A stretch of DNA of 64,000 bases from Myxococcales bacterium. GTDB lineage: Bacteria; Myxococcota_A; Polyangia; Polyangiales; DASUME01. Positions 39,681-49,348 of the stretch are shown in pieces (positions within the stretch are counted from its first letter, which is position 1; each line of letters opens with the position of its first letter). The position numbers and the translations under genes were made by a program. The notes below the pieces were generated by a model. That model saw only the letters and a program-made list of their open reading frames with translations, did not search any database and was not told the origin of the DNA. The DNA lies in assembly GCA_047601445.1 (NCBI GenBank), contig JASGJH010000001.1, forward strand, positions 9,248,001 to 9,312,000, written 5' to 3'.

Positions 39681-39750
39681 GGCTCACGCTGACCTCGACC
39701 TGGTCGGCAACGTGGACCCAACGTTCACGGCCACCACCACGTTCGCGACC
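39681..39750. repeat. Degenerate member of the dispersed REP-like family
   Basis: GACCTCGACCTGGTCGGCAACGTGGACC resembles 55965-55995; lies between convergent genes. Confidence 0.5.
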
Positions 39751-39792
39751 AGCAGGTTTGTCGGCGAGCGGCCGGCGGAGCTAGTCAGCTGC

Positions 39793-40620
39793 CTATCGAC
39801 CCGAGATGCCCATGCGCCAGCGCTCGAAGCGAACGGTAATGGGCTCCGAGCGTGCGGGGACGGCGCGTCCCGAAGCGTCGCGTGCAGGCTCGAACAACAC
39901 GTTGCGTGCGCAGCTCAAGGCAGCCTCCGAGAACAGCTTGGACGAGCTCGAGACGACTTCACCGCTCAGCATGCGTCCATGGGCCCCGACGTGGACACGC
40001 ACGACCACGCGCTCCGAGTCGCCGTCGAGGTCTTCGCCGTCCGGGGGCCACGGGCAGCGCAGGCTGCTCGTCGGCGCCTCCGGGTAGGGCCGCGCGAGTC
40101 CGCCGCCGCTGCTCCCGGCCAAATCGGTTCCCGAGCCAGCTGTGCCCGCTCCGCTCTCCCCGACGAGTGCAGAGCCCGACGTCTCCGTGCCCTGCCCGGA
40201 AGAAAGCGGCTCGGTCGCCGCGGCCGACACGGGGACGACGAAAGCAGCGTCCACGTCGTCAGCCGTCAGCACGCCAGCTGGCGCGCCCGGGCTGGCGGCC
40301 GTCTTGCGTTGCGCGCGCGGAGCCAAAGGCTTGCGTTTGTGCGCGCTCGCGGCCATTTCTGCTTTGGGGGCCGCGGCATCAGGGCGCTGCAGTCCCGGAG
40401 TGCCCAGTCCATCGCCCGGTAACAACGTCGAGAACGGCACCTCGTGCGCGTCGTGAGCGTGCTGCGTGCGCGGTGCGGGGCTTGGCGCGAGTCGGGCCGA
40501 CCGACCGAGCTCGCCAGCTCGACTGAACAACACGAGCGCATGCAACAACGCCGCCACGCAGATCCAAGCGATCTGCTGCGGCGACGAGGGTTCCCGCTGC
40601 GTCTGGAGCGCGCGTGCCAC
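39793..40620 (-). CDS. TonB-family energy transducer-like protein (TM, low-complexity linker, TonB C-terminal domain)
   Basis: AALLHALV TM; VVVRVHVGAHGR, FEPARDASGRAV, ITVRF. Confidence 0.7.
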   Translation of the reverse strand: MARALQTQREPSSPQQIAWICVAALLHALVLFSRAGELGRSARLAPSPAPRTQHAHDAHEVPFSTLLPGDGLGTPGLQRPDAAAPKAEMAASAHKRKPLAPRAQRKTAASPGAPAGVLTADDVDAAFVVPVSAAATEPLSSGQGTETSGSALVGESGAGTAGSGTDLAGSSGGGLARPYPEAPTSSLRCPWPPDGEDLDGDSERVVVRVHVGAHGRMLSGEVVSSSSKLFSEAALSCARNVLFEPARDASGRAVPARSEPITVRFERWRMGISGR

Positions 40621-40629
40621 GTGCGACGT

Positions 40630-42172
40630 TCAGCGCGTGCGCTTCTTGAAGGAGGCCAGGTCTTCCTTGAAGGCGTCGTGGAGATCCGAGGCCAGCTTGA
40701 TGCCGTCGTCCTTGACCTTGTCGTCGGGCACCAGGCGCTTGGCCACCAGACCGCCCGCGAGCTTGACCAGGAAGGTGTCCATGATCTCCACCGAGCCGGA
40801 GCCCGAGATGGCCCCGGGCGCGCCGTGCGTCTTGGCGCCCAACGCGCCTTCGCCGTGAAGACCCTTTTCCGTCGTTCCCCTTGGCCACCACGCGGAAGAA
40901 CTGCTCGGTGATGTCCTGGATGTTGCTCGGGATGAAGATGTCCAGGAAGCCAGGCGAGAACAAGCCGAGCGCGCGGCCCTCGACCTTGAGCTTGGGCACG
41001 TTGGTCATGGTGGCCGTGGCGGAGGCGTAGCTGTCGTGGGCCTCGTACATGGCGTCGCCGCGCAGGTTCTTGATGTTCACCACGATGCCCAGCATGTTGA
41101 TGCGCGCGTTGGCGGTGAGGCTGAACTTGCGCTGGCCCTCGACCATGGGATCGAAGGGTTCGTTCTCGTAGACCTGGTTGTCGTCGAAGGGCAGGAGCTG
41201 TCCGTCGCGCACGTAGACCTCGATGGTCAGCTGCAACTTCTCGCTGTCCACGGAGAAGCGCGCCAAATCGCGCCCCTTGTCGTCGAGCAGGCGTGCCTTG
41301 GCGGTGAGGATGTCGGCCAGTCGGCGCGCGTGCCTCGCCAGGGCCGGGTACTTCTTCTCCATGCGCTTGGGCTCGGCGCGCATGCTCGTGGTGATGTGGA
41401 AGTAGTTCTTGCCCGTGTCAGCGACGCGGATGTCCTCCACGCGTCCCAGATCGATCAAGGCACGAGCCAGGGTGGGGTAAGCGTCGAACAACAGCGCCAG
41501 GGCGTCGATATCTTCGTCGCCGAGTCCGGGATTGGTCTCGCGCACGGCCTCACGGGCGAGACCGCTCTTGGGCAGGCTCTGCGTGGCGCCCGCGTCCGCG
41601 TTGCCGGTGGTCACGATGCGGAGCAGTTCGCGTTGGGCCTCCACGGCGTGCCGATAGGAGAGCGGACCCACGCCGAGACCCGCGGCGCCTCCGACCACCA
41701 GGCTGTCCATCTCGGAGTTCTCGCGCTGATCGGCGTGCACGTAGAGCGAGAAATCGGCCAGGCCCGAGCGCGGGCCCGTCATGCTCACGAAGTACTTGCT
41801 GCCAGGCTCGGCGCGACTGATCAGGTAGCGATCCCCGGTGAGCGCACCCTTCACGTTGAGCTCGCGGCCGCCGTCGCGCTCGTCGGGCAGCAACTTGTAG
41901 ACGCCGTCGAGATCGAAGTCGTGCAACTCGTCGAGCACGCCGTCGATGAACTTCTGCGTCGGCTTGTCGATCTCGTACTTGTGGATCGCCGCGCTCAGCG
42001 CCTGCGTGACCTTGTCCAGCGTCTGGACGGCCCCCTGCACGTCGCCGCCCCAGAGCGTGACCATGGGTTTCCAACCGCCGAGGGCGGCGGAGTCGAGCTG
42101 CGCCGCGTGGGCGCTGGCGGCGAGGACGGGGAGCGCGAGCAAGAGGGCGCTGTGAGGACGCGAGATCTTCAT
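40630..42172 (-). CDS. Hypothetical exported protein (about 510 aa), split by a +1 frameshift at 40862-40868
   Basis: GAGG RBS, signal AHA-A, strong codon bias; removing one base in the CCCTTTT run joins it to ORF 40630-40842 (DGKGLHGEGALGAK). Confidence 0.75.
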
Positions 42173-42373
42173 GTTTTAAGCCTCAAGTCGGAGGTTACTC
42201 CGAAGTAAGTTACTTAACGGTAAGATGCTGTCAAGAGTTGTCTGCGGCGCTCAGCATCTACTCTTCATCACCGGCTTCCAACACCAATCGTTTCGCGCTG
42301 GTTCTCGCCCGTGTCAGTTCACGACGATCTCTTGTCATTGCTGAACGATCTCCGGCGGACGCCTAATCGCGCC

Positions 42374-43504
42374 ATGTCGAAACGCTTGCTTGCCTTGAGT
42401 GTCTTGCTCCTTTTTGCGGCCTGTGGCGAAGCGCGAACTCGCGCGCTCGACCGCCACGGCGGTACACGCGGTGACGCGGGAGAGGGCGACGGTGACGACT
42501 CGTCGGACGACGACGGGCACTCACGGGACACCGACCCGAGTGGAGCAGACGACGACTCCGATGACCCTGGCCAAGGGGCCGATCCAGGCACCTGCGCGCG
42601 CGCCGACGTGACACTCAAGCGAGTGATTCCCACGGTTTGGCTGCTCGTCGATGGGTCGGGCAGCATGGCCACCTCGCTGACCGGAGGCCTGAATGATCCC
42701 TCGCGATTTCGGGTCCTGCGCAGCGCGCTGATGGCCGACCAGACGGGGCTCGTCGCCAAGCTGCAGGGGGTGGTGTCATTCGGATTGTTCGTCTACGACG
42801 GCGGGATGTCACCGCCTGGGGTGCACATCGACGGCGTCTGCCCGCGGGTCGTCGACGTGGCACCGCGGTTGGACAACTACGCACCCATCAACACCGCCTA
42901 TCCGGCGGACCCAACCGGTGCCAGCACGCCGACCCACTACGCCTTGCTGTCGCTGCAGCAGCAAATCAAGCAAGCCGGTCCGAGCGCGCATGGTCCAACC
43001 TTTGTCGTCCTCGCCACGGACGGAAAGCCCAACCTGTGTGATTTCCATGATGGCGTGCCGGCCAGCGAAGCCACCGAGCAGGAAGCCGTCCGGACCGTGC
43101 GTGAGCTCGCCGCCGCGGGCACGAAGACATTCGCGATTTCCCTGGCGGGAGGGGATCGCGAACTGGAGGCGCACCTCGATGCGCTCGCCGAAGCCGGCGG
43201 CACGGGCGAGTCGGCCTTTACCCCCACCAGCAGCGACGCTCTGGTGGCCGTGCTCACCAAGATCATCGGCGGGGCCGTGAGCTGCGACGTGCGGCTCGAG
43301 GGGACCCTCACCGAAGGACATCAGTGCGACGGGGACGTGTTGCTCAACGGGAAGGCCTTGGCGTGTGACGGTCAGGATGGATTCCACGTGAAGGACGATC
43401 TGCGGACGCTGGAGTTGCGCGGAGCGGCCTGCAAGACGCTGCAGCAGGATCCCAAGGCCACGCTCGAGGCGAGCTTCGCCTGTGACGCTATCGTGCTGCT
43501 CTAG
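42374..43504 (+). CDS. vWA-domain lipoprotein (CglB-like architecture)
   Basis: Lipobox FAAC; MIDAS DGSGSM, TPT, LATDGKPN; C-terminal Cys-containing domain. Confidence 0.85.
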   Translation: MSKRLLALSVLLLFAACGEARTRALDRHGGTRGDAGEGDGDDSSDDDGHSRDTDPSGADDDSDDPGQGADPGTCARADVTLKRVIPTVWLLVDGSGSMATSLTGGLNDPSRFRVLRSALMADQTGLVAKLQGVVSFGLFVYDGGMSPPGVHIDGVCPRVVDVAPRLDNYAPINTAYPADPTGASTPTHYALLSLQQQIKQAGPSAHGPTFVVLATDGKPNLCDFHDGVPASEATEQEAVRTVRELAAAGTKTFAISLAGGDRELEAHLDALAEAGGTGESAFTPTSSDALVAVLTKIIGGAVSCDVRLEGTLTEGHQCDGDVLLNGKALACDGQDGFHVKDDLRTLELRGAACKTLQQDPKATLEASFACDAIVLL

Positions 43505-43556
43505 CTTGTCAGCGCTCCATTGGGGCCCCTAAGCTGCCCTCGCTTGGGAGGGCTGA

Positions 43557-43859
43557 GTGGCGACCATCTACGGCAAGGCTTCGGATCTCATCGAGACACT
43601 CGACAAGGCGATCAAGAATGGCGAGCCCATGATCGACCTGGGCCCGCAGCTGATGCAGACGGGCCTGGCCTTGATGGCTCAAGGGTTGGCGCTGGCGGAG
43701 CGCTCCATCCACACCCTGGAACGCTGCGACGACATGCTGCAGCGGCTCGAGAAACTCTCGGAGTCCGGCGCCACGTTGATGCAGGTCCAGCAACAGGTCG
43801 CCGAGCTCGAGCGGCGCAAGCTGGAGCTCGAGATCAAGCGGCTCGAGGGGAAGTGGTGA
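43557..43859 (+). CDS. Small hypothetical coiled-coil protein
   Basis: GGAGG RBS, GTG start, 100 aa with coding-like bias and heptad pattern. Confidence 0.65.
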   Translation: MATIYGKASDLIETLDKAIKNGEPMIDLGPQLMQTGLALMAQGLALAERSIHTLERCDDMLQRLEKLSESGATLMQVQQQVAELERRKLELEIKRLEGKW

Positions 43860-43908
43860 GAGCCAATGACCCGACAACACTAATCGTGGTCGTCGTCGTG
43901 GACTTTCG

Positions 43909-44010
43909 TGGACTTTGACGGCGACGGCGACGGTGTGCGTGGCCGCCCTCGATGGGGGAGCAGCGGGCGGTGCCGCTCACGCACGCCGTCGCCGTTGCCG
44001 TCAAAGTCCA
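43909..44010. repeat. REP-like inverted repeat (33-bp arms, 2 mismatches)
   Basis: Arms 43909-43941 and 43978-44010; between convergent genes. Confidence 0.88.
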
Positions 44011-44061
44011 GGTTGCCGACTATGTCGATGTCAACGTGCTGATGCACGACGAACCCTTGCG

Positions 44062-44700
44062 CTAGGGCCCCATGTGCACGAGCGCAATCGTGCCCGTGCA
44101 AGGATCCCCCAACGTTTCGTCGGGCTTGATTTGCCAGTTGCCCATGATGGCCGCGGGAGGGCCCGCTGCGTAGGCGGCCTCGAGGTTGGCGTCGAAGTGA
44201 CCTGCAGGTAAGCCGAGCGGGCCCCATACCCCGTCCACGACACGCGCCTGGAACTTACCGCTCTGGCAATCGAGCCCACCCTCGAGTTGACCGTCGAAGC
44301 TGACCAGCTCGCCCCAGGTGCCCTTGAGCTTGCCCGTGCCCTGCTTGATGACCAGGTCCTGGCAAAACTCCACGCAACCAGTGTCGTCGACGCGGGTTTC
44401 GTTCACCACGAGTTCGAAGGAGAGGGGCCCCTCGGGGAATGCGCTGCTCTGGTTCTCGCAGGTGTACTTGCCCGTGTAGGTTCCGGGCTCGCAGTCGGCC
44501 AGCGTGACGCTGGCGTCGCGCACGCTGGCATCGGTGACGGGGAAGTTCGCGTCGGCCCACGGAAAGGCTGCGTCGGTTTCGGGAGCGTCCGGTGGCGAGG
44601 TGTCGGCGTCAGCGTGCGCCGCGTCGCGCTGCAGTGGGGTAGCGGGGGCGGTCGAGCAGCCGACCAGCAAAGCGAGACAAGTCCAATCAAGAGGCTTCAT
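44062..44700 (-). CDS. Hypothetical lipoprotein
   Basis: MKPLDWTCLALLVGC signal/lipobox; DAx-rich linker; CEPGTYTGKYTC domain. Confidence 0.72.
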   Translation of the reverse strand: MKPLDWTCLALLVGCSTAPATPLQRDAAHADADTSPPDAPETDAAFPWADANFPVTDASVRDASVTLADCEPGTYTGKYTCENQSSAFPEGPLSFELVVNETRVDDTGCVEFCQDLVIKQGTGKLKGTWGELVSFDGQLEGGLDCQSGKFQARVVDGVWGPLGLPAGHFDANLEAAYAAGPPAAIMGNWQIKPDETLGDPCTGTIALVHMGP

Positions 44701-44814
44701 GCACGCAACGTATCCGGGCCGGCAGCGGGCGGAGCGCGGGCCGCGCGTGATCACGATTTGGTCACGAATGGGGCTCCGCAGTGGGGGCCGGGCCACGCGA
44801 TCTATACTGCGCGG

Positions 44815-47799
44815 ATGCCGGGCACACGCTTGGGACCTTTCTTGCTGGATCACGAGAATCGTGCGCTGTGGCGCGGGCGTGAGCAGGTGGTGGTCCAGCC
44901 CAAGGTCTTCGACTGCCTGGAGCTGCTGGCAGAACGCGTGGGCCAGCTGACGACCACGACCCGCATCCGCGCGAGCTTGTGGCCCGACGTCGCCGTCGGC
45001 GACGACGCCGTACGCCAGGTGATCGCCAAGGTGCGCCAAGCCTTGCGCGACGCGGGGCCCGGCCAGCCCATCCTGCGTGCGCGTAAGGGGCTCGGCTACG
45101 TCCTCGAGGCAGACGTCGAGCACGACCCGGGGAGGCGCACCTCGCTGCGGGCCGAACCCGCGCGCGGCACCCGCAACGCCTTCGTGGGGCGCGAGCACGA
45201 GCTCGAGGTGTTGCGCAGGGCCCTCGCGGATGCCGGTCAGGGCCGGGGTAGCGTGTGCTTGCTCGAGGGCGAGGCAGGGGCGGGTAAGAGCACGTTGATC
45301 GAGCTGTTGCGCGAGTCCGCCTCCGTGGAGCTGCTCTGGCTGTGCGGGCATTGTCTGCCCGACGCGCCCGGCGCGGCGTTCTGGCCCTTCCGGGAGCTCA
45401 CACGCGGGCTTGCTCGGGCCGCTTCGGAGAACCCGGGACGTTCGGCATTCGAGAAGCGCCTCGCCAGCAGCCTCGAAGCTGGCAAGCGTCCAGGCCGGGC
45501 CAACGCGGAGCAGGCCAGCGGTGAGCAGCGCCTGTTCGTCGCCCAGGCGGTGAGTGACCTCTTGCTGGAGTGGTCGCGCCAGCAACCGCTGTGCGTGGTG
45601 CTGGAGGACCTGCACTGGGCCGACACGGCGTCGCTGCTCTGCCTGGAGATGCTGGCCCGGGGACTCCGAGACAGCGCCTGCGTCTTGATCGCGAGCTATC
45701 GCCCCGAGGCCGCCCAGGGCCAGAGCGCGCTCAGCGGAACCCTGGGTCGGCTGCTCGGCCGCGAGCGCACTCAGGCGCTTTCCCTGGAGCCACTCAGTCC
45801 GCTGGAGCTCGAGGTCTTGCTGGACGCGGCGGCCCCTGCGTTGAAGGGCCCGGCTGCGGCGCAGGAGCTCTCGCGCATCACGGGAGGCAACCCGCTGTTC
45901 GTGCAGTTGCTGCTGCAACAGGGGGCGTCCGCGCTCTCCACGCGGGACACGACGCGCGATTCCTTCGAGCACGCGGTGATGGCCCGAGTCAGTGCGCTCC
46001 CCCGGCCCACGCGGGACCTGCTCGAGCGAGCCTCGGTGCTGGGGGCGGACTTCGAGCTCGCGAGCCTGGGCGCCCTGGGCGGACAAGCGAGTTCGTCGGT
46101 CAGCGTAGACCTGCAGCCGGCGCTCGATGCCCGCTTGCTACGCGCGACGGATCACCCTGGGCGTCTTGCCTTCGCGCACGTGTTGGTGGCGGAGGTGCTG
46201 TACGGGCAGCTGAGCCTCGCAGAACGTTGCGAGCTCCACCTGGGCGCCTTTTCTGTGTTGTCGCAGGCGCCGGCGGTGGCGGTGTGCACGCTCTCGGAGC
46301 ACGCCTTCGCGGCCGGTGAGCTGGTCCCCGTCGAGACGCGCGGTGCGCTGTGTGAGCGAGCCGGCCGTACCTGCTTCGAGCAGCTCGACTTCGAGCGGGC
46401 GTACCGGGAGCTCGGCCGAGCCCACGCGCTGCTGCGCTCGAGCGGCACACCGCGACGGACGGCCGAGCTCTTGCTGTTGCGGGCGCGCGCCGCGTGGGAG
46501 GCGGACCTGGAGGAAGGAGTCATCGCCGACGCGAATCGCGAAGCGCTCACCGCTGCTCGCCAGGCGGGCTCGGCGACGCTCCTGGCCGAAGCTGCCATCG
46601 CGGGCACCGTCGGCAACGATTCACCGGGGGAGATCTATCGCGCACGCTTGCGGCAATCGCAGGTCGCGGTGCTCGAGCAGGTCGTCAGCCAAATCGATGC
46701 TTCCGAAGCCGCGCTTCATCACCGGCTGACGCGCACGCTCACCTGGCTGTGCGGCGGCCTGGGCGACCGCGTGGCGGCGTGCCACTGGGCCGAGCAGGCC
46801 GTGCACAGCGCGCCCACCTCGCCCGACGCCTGGACCCGCTTTCAAATCTCCACGCTGCGCTGCGGGCACGCCGTCTGGGCGGCGGAGCCGGAGCACGCGC
46901 GAGAGCTCCTCGCAGGGCTGGGACGGGAGGCCCACCATCCGGACCTCAGCCCGCGCGAGCGCCTGGAGTGCATGCTGCAGCGCATGACGCTCTGCCTCTA
47001 CGTGGGCGACGCCCGCGGCTACTCCACCTGCGCCCAGGAGCTGCCGCGCGTGCTCGCTGCGCTGCCGGTTCCACCGCGCCTTGGGCGCCTCGGCGAGCGC
47101 TTTTGCGCCTATGCTCTGTTGCCGCATGTGGTGGCTCTGAGCCAGAGCATGATCGCGGGTCAGTTCGTCCAGGCGCACGAGCATCTCTCGGCCCTGATGT
47201 CGGAGGCGGCGCGACTGGGCTTCGGCGGACTCGAGAGCAATGGCACGAGCCTTCTGTTGTTGCTGCCCCTCCTGCAGTACCAGGGACGCGCACGGGTGTT
47301 GGAGCCCATGGTCGATCTGGCCCGCAGCGCGCTGGACGCGCTCGATTTCCACGTCGCGAAGGCCCAGCTCGCTCTGGAGGGGAGCGCGCGCGACCAGGCC
47401 GCGTGGCACTTCGATGCCCTGCGCGGTCTGGGCTTCGGGGGCAGTCTGCGCGGCCAAACCACCGCGGCGTTACCGAGGCAGCTGGTCGGCATGGCAGACG
47501 TATGCGCCAGCGTCGGGAGCGAGACCGACGCCGCTGAGCTCTACGCGGCACTGCAACCATCGGCCGAATTCTTCGCTTCCGAAGGGGTCGCGCTCAGCCT
47601 CGGTGCCTGCGCCCGTGCGCTCGGCGTGCTGGCGTTCAGACTCGGGGATCTCGGGCTGGCCGAGGCTCACTTCAGGCGCGCGCTCGTGCTCAACGAGCAG
47701 ATGGGACACCGCCCCGAGCTCGCCCGCACGCGTGCGGGCTTGGCCTCCGTGCTCGAGGCGCGAGGGGGCGACCTCAGCGAGGAGCCGTGGCGCGAATGA
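44815..47799 (+). CDS. Winged-helix DNA-binding domain plus STAND-like AAA ATPase plus helical repeats; transcriptional regulator
   Basis: OmpR/CadC-type wHTH (QPKVFDCL...LWPDVAV...KVRQAL), FVGREHEL, GEAGAGKS, LEDLHWAD, TGGNPLF. Confidence 0.88.
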   Translation: MPGTRLGPFLLDHENRALWRGREQVVVQPKVFDCLELLAERVGQLTTTTRIRASLWPDVAVGDDAVRQVIAKVRQALRDAGPGQPILRARKGLGYVLEADVEHDPGRRTSLRAEPARGTRNAFVGREHELEVLRRALADAGQGRGSVCLLEGEAGAGKSTLIELLRESASVELLWLCGHCLPDAPGAAFWPFRELTRGLARAASENPGRSAFEKRLASSLEAGKRPGRANAEQASGEQRLFVAQAVSDLLLEWSRQQPLCVVLEDLHWADTASLLCLEMLARGLRDSACVLIASYRPEAAQGQSALSGTLGRLLGRERTQALSLEPLSPLELEVLLDAAAPALKGPAAAQELSRITGGNPLFVQLLLQQGASALSTRDTTRDSFEHAVMARVSALPRPTRDLLERASVLGADFELASLGALGGQASSSVSVDLQPALDARLLRATDHPGRLAFAHVLVAEVLYGQLSLAERCELHLGAFSVLSQAPAVAVCTLSEHAFAAGELVPVETRGALCERAGRTCFEQLDFERAYRELGRAHALLRSSGTPRRTAELLLLRARAAWEADLEEGVIADANREALTAARQAGSATLLAEAAIAGTVGNDSPGEIYRARLRQSQVAVLEQVVSQIDASEAALHHRLTRTLTWLCGGLGDRVAACHWAEQAVHSAPTSPDAWTRFQISTLRCGHAVWAAEPEHARELLAGLGREAHHPDLSPRERLECMLQRMTLCLYVGDARGYSTCAQELPRVLAALPVPPRLGRLGERFCAYALLPHVVALSQSMIAGQFVQAHEHLSALMSEAARLGFGGLESNGTSLLLLLPLLQYQGRARVLEPMVDLARSALDALDFHVAKAQLALEGSARDQAAWHFDALRGLGFGGSLRGQTTAALPRQLVGMADVCASVGSETDAAELYAALQPSAEFFASEGVALSLGACARALGVLAFRLGDLGLAEAHFRRALVLNEQMGHRPELARTRAGLASVLEARGGDLSEEPWRE

Positions 47800-48737
47800 T
47801 CCGATTCGTGCTGTTCCTGACGGTGCTGCTGTGCACCTCGGCGTGCTACCTGCTGCACGCCCGCGATCGCGAGGCGCCCGAGCTGAGCGCCGGCATCCAC
47901 GCCGAGACCCTGCAAGTGCGCGAGCAAGGGCGCACTTATCTTCTGTACCTGCCCAAGCAGCGACGCCCCAGGGCGCCCCTGTTGGTGCTGCTCCACGGCT
48001 CCAAGCAAACGGGCGAGGATCTGCGGCGCGCCACGGGCTACGCCTTCGATCGCCTGGCTGATCAGCACGGCTTCGTGGCGGTCTATCCCGACGGCTTCGA
48101 ACGGCGCTGGAACGATTGCCGCGCGGCAGGGCGCAACCCCGCGCGCAAGCAAGGCATTGATGACGTGGGCTTCCTGCTGGCTTTGACGGACCGGCTGGCG
48201 ACCGAGGCGGACATCGATCCCGGGCGCGTGTTCTTGGCCGGCTACTCCAACGGCGCTCAGCTCGCCTTCCGCATGGCCCTCGAGCGCCCCGAGCGGGTGG
48301 CAGGCATCGCCACGTTCAGCGCCAACCTGCCCACCGAGGACAACTTCGCCTGCCAGGTCAGCGGCAAGGCGGTGCCGGCGTTGCTCATCAACGGCACCGA
48401 CGATCGCATTAACCCGTTCCATGGTGGCGAAGTCACCGTCTTCGGCTTCGCCACGCGCGGCACCGTTCGCTCCGCCGAGGCCAGCGCTGCCTACTTTGCC
48501 GGACTCGCCGCGCTGCCGGGGCCCGAGCTGAGTCGACTAGGGGAGACGCGAGACACCTGGGTCGAACAGCGCCGCTGGTATCGGCCTGGCGCCCCCGAGG
48601 TGGTGTTGATGGCGGTGCACGGGGGCGGACACGTGGTGCCTGGTCCCGCGGCAGCGTTCCCTCGAATCCTCGGCAAGGTCACCACGGTGATCGATGGCCC
48701 CGCGGAGGTATGGAACTTCTTCGCGCGACAGCCTTGA
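47796..48737 (+). CDS. PHB-depolymerase/LpqC-like exported esterase
   Basis: LLHGS, VYPDG, DDVGFL, AGYSNGA, GTDD, GGGH; ATGA overlap with the upstream stop. Confidence 0.88.
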   Translation: MIRFVLFLTVLLCTSACYLLHARDREAPELSAGIHAETLQVREQGRTYLLYLPKQRRPRAPLLVLLHGSKQTGEDLRRATGYAFDRLADQHGFVAVYPDGFERRWNDCRAAGRNPARKQGIDDVGFLLALTDRLATEADIDPGRVFLAGYSNGAQLAFRMALERPERVAGIATFSANLPTEDNFACQVSGKAVPALLINGTDDRINPFHGGEVTVFGFATRGTVRSAEASAAYFAGLAALPGPELSRLGETRDTWVEQRRWYRPGAPEVVLMAVHGGGHVVPGPAAAFPRILGKVTTVIDGPAEVWNFFARQP

Positions 48738-48793
48738 ACGTTGCGTACCTTTGGCTTGCTCGGCCCCCGCGCGCGCGGGAGCCTCGGGGCATC

Positions 48794-49252
48794 ATGGATG
48801 AAGGTCATCTGCGAACCGCCATCGAGCTCGCCCAGCAAAACGCCAAGGCCGGAGGTCGCCCCTTCGGCGCCGTCCTCGTGCGCGACCAACAGGTGATCGG
48901 TCGCGGCGTGAACAACATCGCACGTACGCTCGACCCCACCACGCACGCCGAGGTGGAGGCCCTGCGCGCGGCGTGCAAGTCGCTCCAGCAGGTCAGACTT
49001 CCCGGCAGCATCATGTACGCGAGCGGGCACCCGTGCCCGATGTGCCTCGCGGCCATGCACCTGTGCCGTGTGGAGCGCGTGTTCTACGCCTACGATCAGC
49101 GCGACGCGGAGCCCTACGGATTGTCCACCGAGGCGCTCTACGCGGAGCTTCGCAAGCCCTTGCCCGAGCAGTCCATGCCGGTTGTGCACTTGCCGCTGCG
49201 GGTGGAAGGGCTCGACCCCTACGCCACCTGGCGCGCCACGCAAACGCCATAG
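48794..49252 (+). CDS. Nucleoside/guanine deaminase (CDA superfamily)
   Basis: PFGAV, DPTTHAE, PCPMC zinc motifs. Confidence 0.9.
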   Translation: MDEGHLRTAIELAQQNAKAGGRPFGAVLVRDQQVIGRGVNNIARTLDPTTHAEVEALRAACKSLQQVRLPGSIMYASGHPCPMCLAAMHLCRVERVFYAYDQRDAEPYGLSTEALYAELRKPLPEQSMPVVHLPLRVEGLDPYATWRATQTP

Positions 49253-49348
49253 TTTGCTGAATTAATGCGAGATTTTGGGATGCTGGCGCGCAGATCTGAG
49301 GGCGTCGGGCGATCGTTCCATCGTGTATAGTCCGGCCCGATCGGAGGC

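Noticed and set aside
44287..44814. N-terminal extension of the 1170-aa ORF
   Set aside because: It overlaps the opposite-strand lipoprotein gene; the wHTH domain begins at ATG 44815.
47796..49252. STAND ATPase plus deaminase as an anti-phage system
   Set aside because: The deaminase looks like an ordinary guanine-deaminase-type enzyme and the ATPase carries a transcription-regulator wHTH, not an effector.
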